From: a virus
Taxonomy: Duplodnaviria; Heunggongvirae; Uroviricota; Caudoviricetes
Reading direction: 5' to 3' (one strand)
Length of the DNA: 64,000 bases
IMG/VR virus record: IMGVR_UViG_3300023297_000003
Below are positions 42,546 through 50,937 of this stretch, piece by piece (position 1 is the stretch's first letter; every line of letters begins with the position of its first letter). Both the position numbers and the translations under genes were made by a program. Below the pieces are notes generated by a model. That model was given only the letters and a program-made list of their open reading frames with translations, made no database searches and had not been told where the DNA came from.

Positions 42546-43416
42546 CCGAATCTGACAGTTGCATTCCCTTGGCTGTCATCTCCTGTATGAACTGGTCTCC
42601 GAGAAACTCGAAACCAGCGACATTAGAGGAGGCATCGGTCAAGAGCACCAGTTTTTTGATGTATTTGGGATCAGAAAAGCAACTTCCAACGTCAGTAACC
42701 GTTGAAGCAACACAGTGGGACAGGGCCTCCCCGGTCACGGCGATGATGTCAGCCTCCTCCAAACTCTGGATGAGACCCGTATTGATCTGGGTAGTTGGGT
42801 CGGTGGGATCAGGCACCTCGGCCTTGACGCCGCTGAAGTGTTCCGTCCAGGGGTTGCTTCCTTTGGTCACGTACTCCACAGTGCCCGGCCCCTGAAGGCA
42901 CCACTCCTTCAGTGCCTGCCGAAGTTCCGGGACCACATTGTGTCCCCAATCCCCGATGAGGCAGTGCATCGGCCACACGACGTGCGGGTAGCGCCCATTA
43001 GCTGCGAGCGCCTGAAGGTACCCGAATGAGCCCTTTCCAGTCGGCCCACCCTGGTGGAGGAAGCTGGGCATCGCCGTGGTGTACTCCTCGTCGGTCGGGT
43101 GCAGACCGGCGGCGTCGGCGTTAAACTTGACGATCCGCTTTCCGTCTGGGTGGATGCCCAGGATTGTGAAAGGTTCAGGATGTGCCCCGTCCCCGATCCG
43201 TTTCCACCACGCTGGACGTTCGATGGCCACCTCGTGGTGACTGTCAAGCGTGACGTGGATGTCGTTCAGCTTGTGGCCAATACGGCGGATCAGGGCTGCA
43301 ACCCTGGCCATGTCCTGATCCGCACCAGGAACGACAAGGGCACCCCTGTTACCATGGCCATCGTCCGCCACACAAAAATCGTTTTGGGGGTCCACAATTA
43401 ACAGATCTACTCGCAT
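42529..43416 (-). CDS. pncA: Nicotinamidase (isochorismatase family)
   Basis: IVDPQNDFC, TLDSH, WPMHC, VTKG, GEALSHCV. Confidence 0.88.
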   Translation of the reverse strand: MRVDLLIVDPQNDFCVADDGHGNRGALVVPGADQDMARVAALIRRIGHKLNDIHVTLDSHHEVAIERPAWWKRIGDGAHPEPFTILGIHPDGKRIVKFNADAAGLHPTDEEYTTAMPSFLHQGGPTGKGSFGYLQALAANGRYPHVVWPMHCLIGDWGHNVVPELRQALKEWCLQGPGTVEYVTKGSNPWTEHFSGVKAEVPDPTDPTTQINTGLIQSLEEADIIAVTGEALSHCVASTVTDVGSCFSDPKYIKKLVLLTDASSNVAGFEFLGDQFIQEMTAKGMQLSDSVSFLA

Positions 43417-44534
43417 GATTCTTCCTCCAGTGTGAGTTCGTTACTCAGGAGCCCCTGCTCCACGAGTTCCTGTCGAGTCCCCAACGTGGGGATATTAGGA
43501 TTGAGTTTGTGTCGGGTGGTTTTCTCTGCATAGCGTGCCGCCATCAGGAAGCTCACCACCTCTACCGGGGTGAAGTCTTCCCAGGGGAAGAACCCATCGT
43601 CCTGGGAGAAGTCCGCCATCTCCCGCCAGAGACCGTCGTGGATCTCTGCGTTCCCGAACAGGATCTGCTGGGGGAACCGGACGGGGTGGCCACCCATGCT
43701 GTTGTCCAGGAACCGGGACACCCGCTCGATGGTGCCGAAAGATGTGACCCTCCCGGTCTCCGGGTCGATGCTTCCGTAGGTGAAGGGTACTTTGAGCCAC
43801 CGTCTCACCTCGGTCTCATCGCTGTGATCGTCGCCGGTCCCCCAGAGATCTGCCGAGGGCTTGGCCTTGATGGTGTCGATGTACGCCTGTCGGGCTTTGG
43901 GGAACCGTTCTCCCAGGCCCCAGGCCAACTGGAACACTTCGGTCTTGGACAGCATCGCCAGGGGATTGGTGTCCACCTCGCCGTCGCCACCCTTTTGATA
44001 GTAGCGCAGGAAGCGGTCCTCGCACTCGTTCCCCGTCCCGTGACGGATGCCCCCACCCATCAGCCGGTTGCACGCACGTCCGATGGGTGCCCGCAGGCAG
44101 GAACGAATGGAGCCGATAATCGTGGGATCTTTGTTAATCCGTTCCTGGATCTCCCTACGAAAGGATTCCCCTGGGGAATGGGCTACGGAGGTAGGGCCAT
44201 TGCTGAACCTGTTCACCCCATTGACCAACGAATTGACAGCTTCTTTGATCAGGTGATCACAGATCCTCGTGTAATCCCCATTGGCCATCGGAACACCCAG
44301 CCCATCGGCCAGCGCCTGCGCCCTGGCCGTCTGCTTCGGGTTGGTGTCGATGCGGGAGTGAACGAGGGTCAACCGCTCAGGGCCGACCGCCAGTGTCAGG
44401 AGGCCAGCCATCACAGCGGAGTCGAGTCCGCCGCTCAGGTCCAGTTCTGCACGGGGGACATGGGCGTCCTGATGGTACTGTTCGATGGCAGCGACACGGT
44501 TGTCGATCAGGGCCTGTACGTCTGTCACGGGCAT
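43407..44534 (-). CDS. nadE: NH3-dependent NAD synthetase
   Basis: LSGGLDSAV, GTGNECE, YYQKGGDG, NPLAMLSKTEV, KPSADLW. Confidence 0.88.
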   Translation of the reverse strand: MPVTDVQALIDNRVAAIEQYHQDAHVPRAELDLSGGLDSAVMAGLLTLAVGPERLTLVHSRIDTNPKQTARAQALADGLGVPMANGDYTRICDHLIKEAVNSLVNGVNRFSNGPTSVAHSPGESFRREIQERINKDPTIIGSIRSCLRAPIGRACNRLMGGGIRHGTGNECEDRFLRYYQKGGDGEVDTNPLAMLSKTEVFQLAWGLGERFPKARQAYIDTIKAKPSADLWGTGDDHSDETEVRRWLKVPFTYGSIDPETGRVTSFGTIERVSRFLDNSMGGHPVRFPQQILFGNAEIHDGLWREMADFSQDDGFFPWEDFTPVEVVSFLMAARYAEKTTRHKLNPNIPTLGTRQELVEQGLLSNELTLEEESCE

Positions 44535-44809
44535 GACGTTTCTCTCCTGTTTGTGGGGATCCCCCGCTGTAACCACTGGCTGAGTACGAGGATGGACTGC
44601 CTCAGGAGCCACTTCCTCAGGACCGGGATGGATGAACGCCGCCACCCCTCGGGTAACGTAACGCTCATCACTGTTTTGCACCTGTAGCACATGGCGCAGG
44701 GTTCGGGGGCACCGTGCTCCTCGTCCGCTTGGGCGATGAACAGATCTGCTTTGCCGAGGGCATGTCTCATCCCGCAGGAGCAAATGTGTAGAAGCAACCG
44801 TCTGGCCAT
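44525..44809 (-). CDS. Small Zn-binding hypothetical protein
   Basis: CSCG...CYRC. Confidence 0.55.
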   Translation of the reverse strand: MARRLLLHICSCGMRHALGKADLFIAQADEEHGAPEPCAMCYRCKTVMSVTLPEGWRRSSIPVLRKWLLRQSILVLSQWLQRGIPTNRRETSCP

Positions 44810-44828
44810 CTTGACATCCTACCCTCTC

Positions 44829-44855
44829 CTACTCAGCCGCCCGCTGCGATGATCA
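44829..44855 (-). promoter_or_regulatory. TGATCATC-N13-GAGTAG promoter-like motif
   Basis: One-mismatch copy. Confidence 0.6.
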
Positions 44856-46350
44856 TTCGATCTCTCTGGCGGTCCAGTTCTCTGCTGATGGCCTCGGTCG
44901 CAGGGCTCATTCCGACCACCTGGACCCCCCCGTGTACCTGAGACTCCCACCAGTCCAACCAATCCTCGTTGCGGACATTGTGCAACAGGACATAACCCTC
45001 GGGAGCATCTTCACCCCTCTGCCCAACGAGCCCCAGCGGAAAATCTCCGAGACCCTCTCCCCAGCACGGAATCAACCGAAAAATCACGGGGATCCCCGCC
45101 AGGGAGTCCTTGCCCGGCGTTCCGCTCCACTTCTTCCTGGGGCCGCTGGAGAAACACAGCTTGAACACCGCCGAGACGTTGTTCCGCTTGTATGCTGAGG
45201 GAGAGGGCACGGACACGATGAAACCTCCGTATCCGTACAGCCGCCGCTCGGGGTCCACATCACTGTGTCCCATGCAAAACGCTTCCATCTGCACGGTGCG
45301 CTCGTCGGTGTAGCCGTCCTCGAAGATGTAGTTGGGTTGGGTACCGTGTTCCTTCTCGGCCTGATAGAACAGGCGAAACTGCTCCACCTGGTTGCCGGAG
45401 TCACAGCGCACGGAGCACCTTCGGGCCAGATCCTCCCGCATTGCCTGAATCGCAGCGGGGATCCCCGAGTTGATGGGGTCATAGGTGTCGAACAGGTAGG
45501 AAGGCGGCTCGGAGCGCATGTCCCGGATGGCCCGGAAACCATTGATGTCCTCACCCCACCGTTCCTGGTGCTCGTGGCCCGTCGTCCCCACCGGGATCAT
45601 GTAGAGTTCCCAGGCGAGGAAGACGTTGGAGGTCTTGTTCATCCCGTAGGCCCGACACTGCTGCACGGCCATCCGATGCTGCTGCATACAGGTGGCCCCC
45701 CGCATCCCAACCTCGAAGGCCCGGTGCGCCTGTGTCATCCCGCCCGTGGCGGCGAGGCCGTTGCCGAGGATCTTGAGGATCTGACCCCGAACCCCCTCCT
45801 CGTACTCGTCGGCCTGCACATCGATAGTGACGCCTTCGATCCCCATCGTCTCCTGCACGAGCTTGATGATCTGGCCTTCCATCTCACAGGAGGCTTTGAA
45901 TTCACGCACCCCCTGCTTCATCGCCGTGGCGACCTGGATGGAGAAGTTGAGCATGATCACGAGCGGCTCCAGCCAGGAGACCAGGAAGCTCGGCCCGGTG
46001 ACGGTGAGGACCGGCTCCTTCGCCAGCACCCAGGATCCCTTCGGGGCACAGGTCATCGTGACCTTGCCTCGCAGGGCCTCTTCCATCGCCTGGGTCAGCC
46101 CATACCCGTTGGCCGTCAGGAAGGCTGACTCCTTCACCGTAGGCATCTCGGGGAGCATCGCCTCCACGACCTCACGCATGTTGAAAGGAATGTAGTGCGG
46201 CCCACCCCGGCGCATCGTGAAGTAGAAGGTCTCCTCCCGCAGGGGGAAGCCCGCCTGGGCCATCGAGAACTTGTACCCATCGGTCATCAGCGCCGAGGGG
46301 CGTTCCCGTCCCGTCATCAGCATAACCAGCGACTTTTCAGTGTTCGGCAT
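44833..46350 (-). CDS. pncB: Nicotinate phosphoribosyltransferase (PncB-like)
   Basis: TDGYKFSM, EVGMRG, TSNV, PVGTTGHE, DTYD, VRCDSGN, AVFKL. Confidence 0.85.
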   Translation of the reverse strand: MPNTEKSLVMLMTGRERPSALMTDGYKFSMAQAGFPLREETFYFTMRRGGPHYIPFNMREVVEAMLPEMPTVKESAFLTANGYGLTQAMEEALRGKVTMTCAPKGSWVLAKEPVLTVTGPSFLVSWLEPLVIMLNFSIQVATAMKQGVREFKASCEMEGQIIKLVQETMGIEGVTIDVQADEYEEGVRGQILKILGNGLAATGGMTQAHRAFEVGMRGATCMQQHRMAVQQCRAYGMNKTSNVFLAWELYMIPVGTTGHEHQERWGEDINGFRAIRDMRSEPPSYLFDTYDPINSGIPAAIQAMREDLARRCSVRCDSGNQVEQFRLFYQAEKEHGTQPNYIFEDGYTDERTVQMEAFCMGHSDVDPERRLYGYGGFIVSVPSPSAYKRNNVSAVFKLCFSSGPRKKWSGTPGKDSLAGIPVIFRLIPCWGEGLGDFPLGLVGQRGEDAPEGYVLLHNVRNEDWLDWWESQVHGGVQVVGMSPATEAISRELDRQRDRMIIAAGG

Positions 46351-46371
46351 TTCAACCCTCCTCACCTTGCA

Positions 46372-46398
46372 CTACTCCACACGGTTCCGGGATGATCC
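46372..46398 (-). promoter_or_regulatory. GGATCATC-N13-GAGTAG promoter-like motif
   Basis: Exact match, divergent pair with 46431-46457. Confidence 0.7.
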
Positions 46399-46430
46399 CT
46401 GCCAGTCTCGGAAAAACTGGAGGGTGGCGA

Positions 46431-46457
46431 AGATCATCCGAGGGCGGTTGTGAGTAG
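46431..46457 (+). promoter_or_regulatory. AGATCATC-N13-GAGTAG promoter-like motif
   Basis: One-mismatch copy at strand switch. Confidence 0.65.
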
Positions 46458-46479
46458 ATGAGGGCAGGAGGTGACCCCT

Positions 46480-46662
46480 ATGGACGGACTGCTGAGACTG
46501 GGCCTTGTTGTAAACGAAGTGGAGCCGGGCGGTTTCTTCTGCCTCCCGTGCCCGACGAGACCCTTCTGGGACACCTTCCTTTGGGGTGCCGTGAGCATGG
46601 GGCTGATCTGGGCATTTTGTGCGCTGGGGTTCGCCATCCGTGTCCACCGCAGGAAGGGCTGA
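46480..46662 (+). CDS. Small membrane protein
   Basis: AGGAGG RBS, one hydrophobic segment. Confidence 0.5.
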   Translation: MDGLLRLGLVVNEVEPGGFFCLPCPTRPFWDTFLWGAVSMGLIWAFCALGFAIRVHRRKG

Positions 46663-47387
46663 TGTTCGATTGCACGACCCCCGAGTACGACGCCCTGTAC
46701 GCCCCCTGGCTGAAGGATCCGGGCAAGCTCCTGCGGCTCGTTCACTACGACCCCACCCAGGACACCCTGCTGGACCTGTGCGGCGGTACAGGAGCCGTGG
46801 CCTGCCACGCCCTGGTCTGCCGGGCGGAGGCCACAGGGCGGGGCTACGCCGGTCCTGCGGTGGTCCTGTTGGACAAAAGCCCCAGGGTCGATGACCACAC
46901 CTTTGGGAAGTACATCATGTCCGTTCCCTTCGACGTCAACAAACTGTGGCCTTCGGTGAAGAAACCCCTCGACGTGATCGTGTGCCGTCAGGCGCTCGGT
47001 TACGTCCAAGACCTTGGGGCGTTCTTCTATCAGGTGGCGCATCGTCTGCATCCAAGGGGCAGGTTCGTCTTCAACACCTTTGAGAACGCTCCAAGGTGGC
47101 AGATGCGGAAACACGAAGACACATCGGGTCGACCCTATAGGGGCTTTTCCCTGATGGTGGGACGCTGGATCGGGCATCTCCAGATGACAAAGGCGTGGGA
47201 CCACAGATTCCACATGAAGCGTTGGCGCTGGGACATCTCCATTTTCCGGCACCACACCCGTGAAGAGATCGAGAAGGCCATGGACAAGTATTTCACCTTC
47301 GCCGTAGAAAACGAGGGCAACAGCCTGCGGTACGTCTGCAACCACAAGGCACAACACGGAGGGGGCTGGCAATGGCCAACATCCTGA
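46662..47387 (+). CDS. Class I SAM-dependent methyltransferase
   Basis: LLDLCGGTG, LDKSP, DVIVCRQA, LHPRGRFVFN. Confidence 0.85.
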   Translation: MFDCTTPEYDALYAPWLKDPGKLLRLVHYDPTQDTLLDLCGGTGAVACHALVCRAEATGRGYAGPAVVLLDKSPRVDDHTFGKYIMSVPFDVNKLWPSVKKPLDVIVCRQALGYVQDLGAFFYQVAHRLHPRGRFVFNTFENAPRWQMRKHEDTSGRPYRGFSLMVGRWIGHLQMTKAWDHRFHMKRWRWDISIFRHHTREEIEKAMDKYFTFAVENEGNSLRYVCNHKAQHGGGWQWPTS

Positions 47388-48532
47388 TCACAGCAGGTCC
47401 GGTCCACGCACCCCTGGACGACAACAAGATCATCTCCAACCGGGTGCGGGGAATCTGGGCCTGGAACATCGCTCGCCGTCTCCACCTTGGGGGGCATCAG
47501 ATCACGATGCTGCTTCCGGATTACATGAGGACCCATGATCCGTTAGACCAGGACACCAGGGATTTCCGGCGGCTTTATCACCGAGGGTTCAAATCCTACC
47601 GGGCGGAGTGTCAGATGCTGGCACCCCAGATGGATGCCGCAATACTCGCCGCTGCGGTCGTCAACTGGATCCCCTCTGAACCCGTCAAGGGGAAGATGAC
47701 GACCAAGGGGTACAAGGCAGGAGCTGTTATCCAGATCCCGTTCACACTGGCCCCACGGGTACTGGCTGATATGCGTCCGGCCAATCCCAAGTTAAACCTC
47801 GTCGGGTGCAAACTCTGCTCGGGTGTTTCCTATGGGGAAATGATAGATGCCGCCTACGGACTTCTCCTGGATTCCCACTGCAACCTCGTCGTGGCCAACG
47901 ACCTCAAGAACCTCCACTGCAAGTATCTGGTGTACCCCGACCGGACGGTTGTGTCGTACCTGGACAGGTGGGACGACTTCAACGTCGCCGTCAGTCAGGT
48001 GCTGACCGACGAGTACTACTCGACAGTCGTTGGGGGCATCCATCCCGTTGAGGTTTCCGAGGAAAAACTCCACTGGGCGAAGTACCTGTTCGACAAAATT
48101 GCGGACCTCTATCGAGATCGATTCCTGACGATCAAGGAGGGGGAACACCAGCATACCTTCGGGGCTATTGCTGTGAACATCCAGCCCGGCCTGTGGCTCT
48201 GTTCCCCTCGGCACAAGATGCCGGACTTCACCAGCGCCGACGCTGTGGTGACCCGAGTGGATGTGGAGAACCTTGAGGTGAACACCCTGGCAGGGAAGGC
48301 CACCTTGAACGCACCGTACATGCTTGCGATGGGCGAAGGGCACAAGGCCCCAGCGGTCCTCCATCTCCATGAGCAAGTACCCGACTGGGACACCCTCCCC
48401 TATGCCCCGCCGGGGACCAAACGGGACCGGATACAGTATGGGGAAGAAGGCTGTCATTCCTACATCAACATCAAGGGCCACGGATTTGTGGCCTGCCTGG
48501 ATGAAGACTGTGCCGTTTGGAAGAATTGCTGA
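47372..48532 (+). CDS. CoaB-like (phosphopantothenate-cysteine ligase) domain fused to possible class II aldolase-like domain
   Basis: ILITAGP...D...ISN, AAAV, VGCKL, LVVANDL; C-terminal TLNAP...VLHLH, GHG. Confidence 0.72.
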   Translation: MANILITAGPVHAPLDDNKIISNRVRGIWAWNIARRLHLGGHQITMLLPDYMRTHDPLDQDTRDFRRLYHRGFKSYRAECQMLAPQMDAAILAAAVVNWIPSEPVKGKMTTKGYKAGAVIQIPFTLAPRVLADMRPANPKLNLVGCKLCSGVSYGEMIDAAYGLLLDSHCNLVVANDLKNLHCKYLVYPDRTVVSYLDRWDDFNVAVSQVLTDEYYSTVVGGIHPVEVSEEKLHWAKYLFDKIADLYRDRFLTIKEGEHQHTFGAIAVNIQPGLWLCSPRHKMPDFTSADAVVTRVDVENLEVNTLAGKATLNAPYMLAMGEGHKAPAVLHLHEQVPDWDTLPYAPPGTKRDRIQYGEEGCHSYINIKGHGFVACLDEDCAVWKNC

Positions 48533-48559
48533 GGATCATCTGGGGGAGGATCAGAGTAG
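48533..48559 (+). promoter_or_regulatory. GGATCATC-N13-GAGTAG promoter-like motif
   Basis: Exact match 7 nt before ATG. Confidence 0.7.
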
Positions 48560-48566
48560 ACTAGGT

Positions 48567-49124
48567 ATGAGTGAACGACTCACACAAGCCCTGGAGTTTG
48601 CAACACAGGCACACGGCGACCAGACTTACGGGGCGGACTTGTCCTACAGCACCCACCTCGTGGATGTGGTTGTGATCCTGAACGAGTTCGGCTACACCGA
48701 AGCCGCCGGAGAGGTGGAGATGCTGGTAGCGGCATACCTCCACGACGTGGTGGAGGACACCGAGGTCACCGAGGAACAGGTTGCGGAGAGGTTCGGCGTC
48801 AACGTCGCCCGGATGGTCCGCTTCTGCACGGACGAACCGGGACACAACCGGAAAACCCGGAAGACGAACACCTACGCCCGATGCCGTGCAGACCTGAACA
48901 AGGAACCCTGGGTGTACCTGCGGGGGTCCATCGTCAAGCTGGCTGATAGGCTGGCCAATATCAGGAACTGCCACGCTCACCGACCGGACCTCCTTCACAT
49001 GTACTGGAAGGAGAAGGACACCTTCCGACAGGCCCTTAAGGTTTCCGGCGTGGCCGAACCTATGTGGGCTGAGTACGACCGACTGCTGGCCAATAAACCA
49101 CCTAAGACACCGAGGCACAAATGA
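48567..49124 (+). CDS. Small alarmone hydrolase-like HD protein (Mesh1/SpoT HD)
   Basis: AHGDQ, YSTHL, AAYLHDVVEDT, VKLADRLAN. Confidence 0.88.
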   Translation: MSERLTQALEFATQAHGDQTYGADLSYSTHLVDVVVILNEFGYTEAAGEVEMLVAAYLHDVVEDTEVTEEQVAERFGVNVARMVRFCTDEPGHNRKTRKTNTYARCRADLNKEPWVYLRGSIVKLADRLANIRNCHAHRPDLLHMYWKEKDTFRQALKVSGVAEPMWAEYDRLLANKPPKTPRHK

Positions 49125-50230
49125 GTACCTTCACCGTCACTGTCACCCGCCTGCGGGCGGTCGAGAAGCACCCCAACACTGACCGGATGGAACTGGCCGT
49201 CGTCGGGGACTACCGAAGCTGCATCCTGATGGATCAGTACAGAGCCGGAGACCTCGTAGCGTACATTCCCGAGGCGGCGATCCTCCCCGACCCTGTCCTG
49301 GAACGTCTCAACATGAAAGATTCCTCCCTGCTTTCGGGTAAGGCCCGGAACAGGGTTAAGGCCATCCGACTCAGGGGACAGCTTTCACAAGGTATCTGCT
49401 ACCCAGCGGAACCGGACTGGAAGGAAGGCCAGGACGTTGCGGAGATCCTGGGCATCATCAAGTACGTGCCACCCATCCCAGCACACCTGGGAGGACAGGT
49501 CTGGCCCGTTGGCCGGGAACACACCTGGAACTTCGACATCGAGAACGTAAAGCGCTGGCCGGATGTCCTCATCGAAGGTGAGCCAGTGGTGTTCTCCGAA
49601 AAGATCCACGGCACAGGGGCGTGTTTCGGAGTGATCCCTGGCGAGGACGCAGCGAATGAGCCACGGCTGTTGGTATCTTCCAAGGGGCTCTTCGCCAAGG
49701 GGTTGGCTTTTAAGGACGTCCCCGAGAACGACCACAACATCTACATCAGGGTGGCCCGACACGTTCAGGCCAAAGTCAGAATCCTTAAGATCTTCGGACA
49801 CATGATTCGGGAGATGGGTCTCGCCGTCTACGTCTTGGGTGAGATTTACGGGATCCAGGATCTGAAGTACGGAGCCAACCCAGGGCAGGACGAGACCCTG
49901 GGGTTCCGGGTGTTCGCCATCTACGTGGGAGCACCCAGCAGAGGTGACTTCTCAGATGACCGCAACCTGGAGCGGCTCTGTGGACTGTTGGAGTGGCCTC
50001 GGGTGCCGGTGTTGTACCGGGGGCCTTTCAGCAAGGCCCTGATGCTGGAGCACACGAATGGACGGGAGACCGTGTCAGGTCAGGAGCTTCACATGAGGGA
50101 AGGTCTCGTAGTGACCACAGCGGAGGAACGGACGCACCCAGAACTGGGCCGGGTCATCCTCAAGAGCGTCAGTGCTGCCTACCTGACCCGGAAGGGAAAG
50201 AAGGGCGTGGAACTCACCGAGTTCGACTAG
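49121..50230 (+). CDS. ATP-dependent RNA ligase, DRB0094 family
   Basis: N-terminal OB (HPNTDRME), EKIHGT, GEIYG, REGLV, LKSVS..YL. Confidence 0.9.
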   Translation: MSTFTVTVTRLRAVEKHPNTDRMELAVVGDYRSCILMDQYRAGDLVAYIPEAAILPDPVLERLNMKDSSLLSGKARNRVKAIRLRGQLSQGICYPAEPDWKEGQDVAEILGIIKYVPPIPAHLGGQVWPVGREHTWNFDIENVKRWPDVLIEGEPVVFSEKIHGTGACFGVIPGEDAANEPRLLVSSKGLFAKGLAFKDVPENDHNIYIRVARHVQAKVRILKIFGHMIREMGLAVYVLGEIYGIQDLKYGANPGQDETLGFRVFAIYVGAPSRGDFSDDRNLERLCGLLEWPRVPVLYRGPFSKALMLEHTNGRETVSGQELHMREGLVVTTAEERTHPELGRVILKSVSAAYLTRKGKKGVELTEFD

Positions 50231-50239
50231 GAGCAACAG

Positions 50240-50638
50240 ATGGCCACAACCACCAGACTTTCCAAAGCACACGGACCACAGATCAAAGAGTCCCTACAGG
50301 CTCTTGGGTTCGCTGTAACTTCCCGTCCGTATCAGCGTGACGGGAGTGCCGAAGCGCTCCCAACTGCCATCTACGTTTACATCTCACTCCGTGACCACCG
50401 AACGTACCTCGGGTGCATCCGGTGGGTTTCCAATGTAGGGTGGCGAATGGAACTGGTACTGCCGACTCTGCACACGGAAGAGGAACTGGATTTGGCGATG
50501 AGCCAACTCCAAGGGACCAGGGCCACGCTGAAAGAAGCGGGGGACACCTGGAACAAATACAAAAAGAGCAAGTCCCAGCGGAACTGGGCCGAACACCTCG
50601 GCGTCCTTGCCGCTTACTACACGGGCGGTATGGGGTAA
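50240..50638 (+). CDS. Hypothetical protein
   Basis: AGGAG RBS. Confidence 0.65.
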   Translation: MATTTRLSKAHGPQIKESLQALGFAVTSRPYQRDGSAEALPTAIYVYISLRDHRTYLGCIRWVSNVGWRMELVLPTLHTEEELDLAMSQLQGTRATLKEAGDTWNKYKKSKSQRNWAEHLGVLAAYYTGGMG

Positions 50639-50642
50639 AAAG

Positions 50643-50669
50643 GGATCATCTCAGCCGACCCCAGAGTAG
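50643..50669 (+). promoter_or_regulatory. GGATCATC-N13-GAGTAG promoter-like motif
   Basis: Exact match. Confidence 0.7.
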
Positions 50670-50690
50670 ACTGTGTGTAGGGAGGTTGCG

Positions 50691-50930
50691 ATGACGATGA
50701 CCAAAGGCCAGCAAGAGTTCCTTGACCAGTACACCAGGAAGCTGATGGTGGACTGGTGCCAGCGGGCACTGACGAGAACCATGTCGCTGTGTATGGATAA
50801 CAGCGTCTTCACACAGCATGCCAAAGACAAAAAATGGATCTCCATCACAGGGTCCGGGCAAGGTCCCAAAATAGAGATCCGCATCCTTTCATCTGGGTGG
50901 GCAACTGCCGCCCGTTTCCTGAAGAGGTAA
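50691..50930 (+). CDS. Hypothetical protein
   Basis: GGGAGG RBS. Confidence 0.65.
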   Translation: MTMTKGQQEFLDQYTRKLMVDWCQRALTRTMSLCMDNSVFTQHAKDKKWISITGSGQGPKIEIRILSSGWATAARFLKR

Positions 50931-50937
50931 GTCCCAA

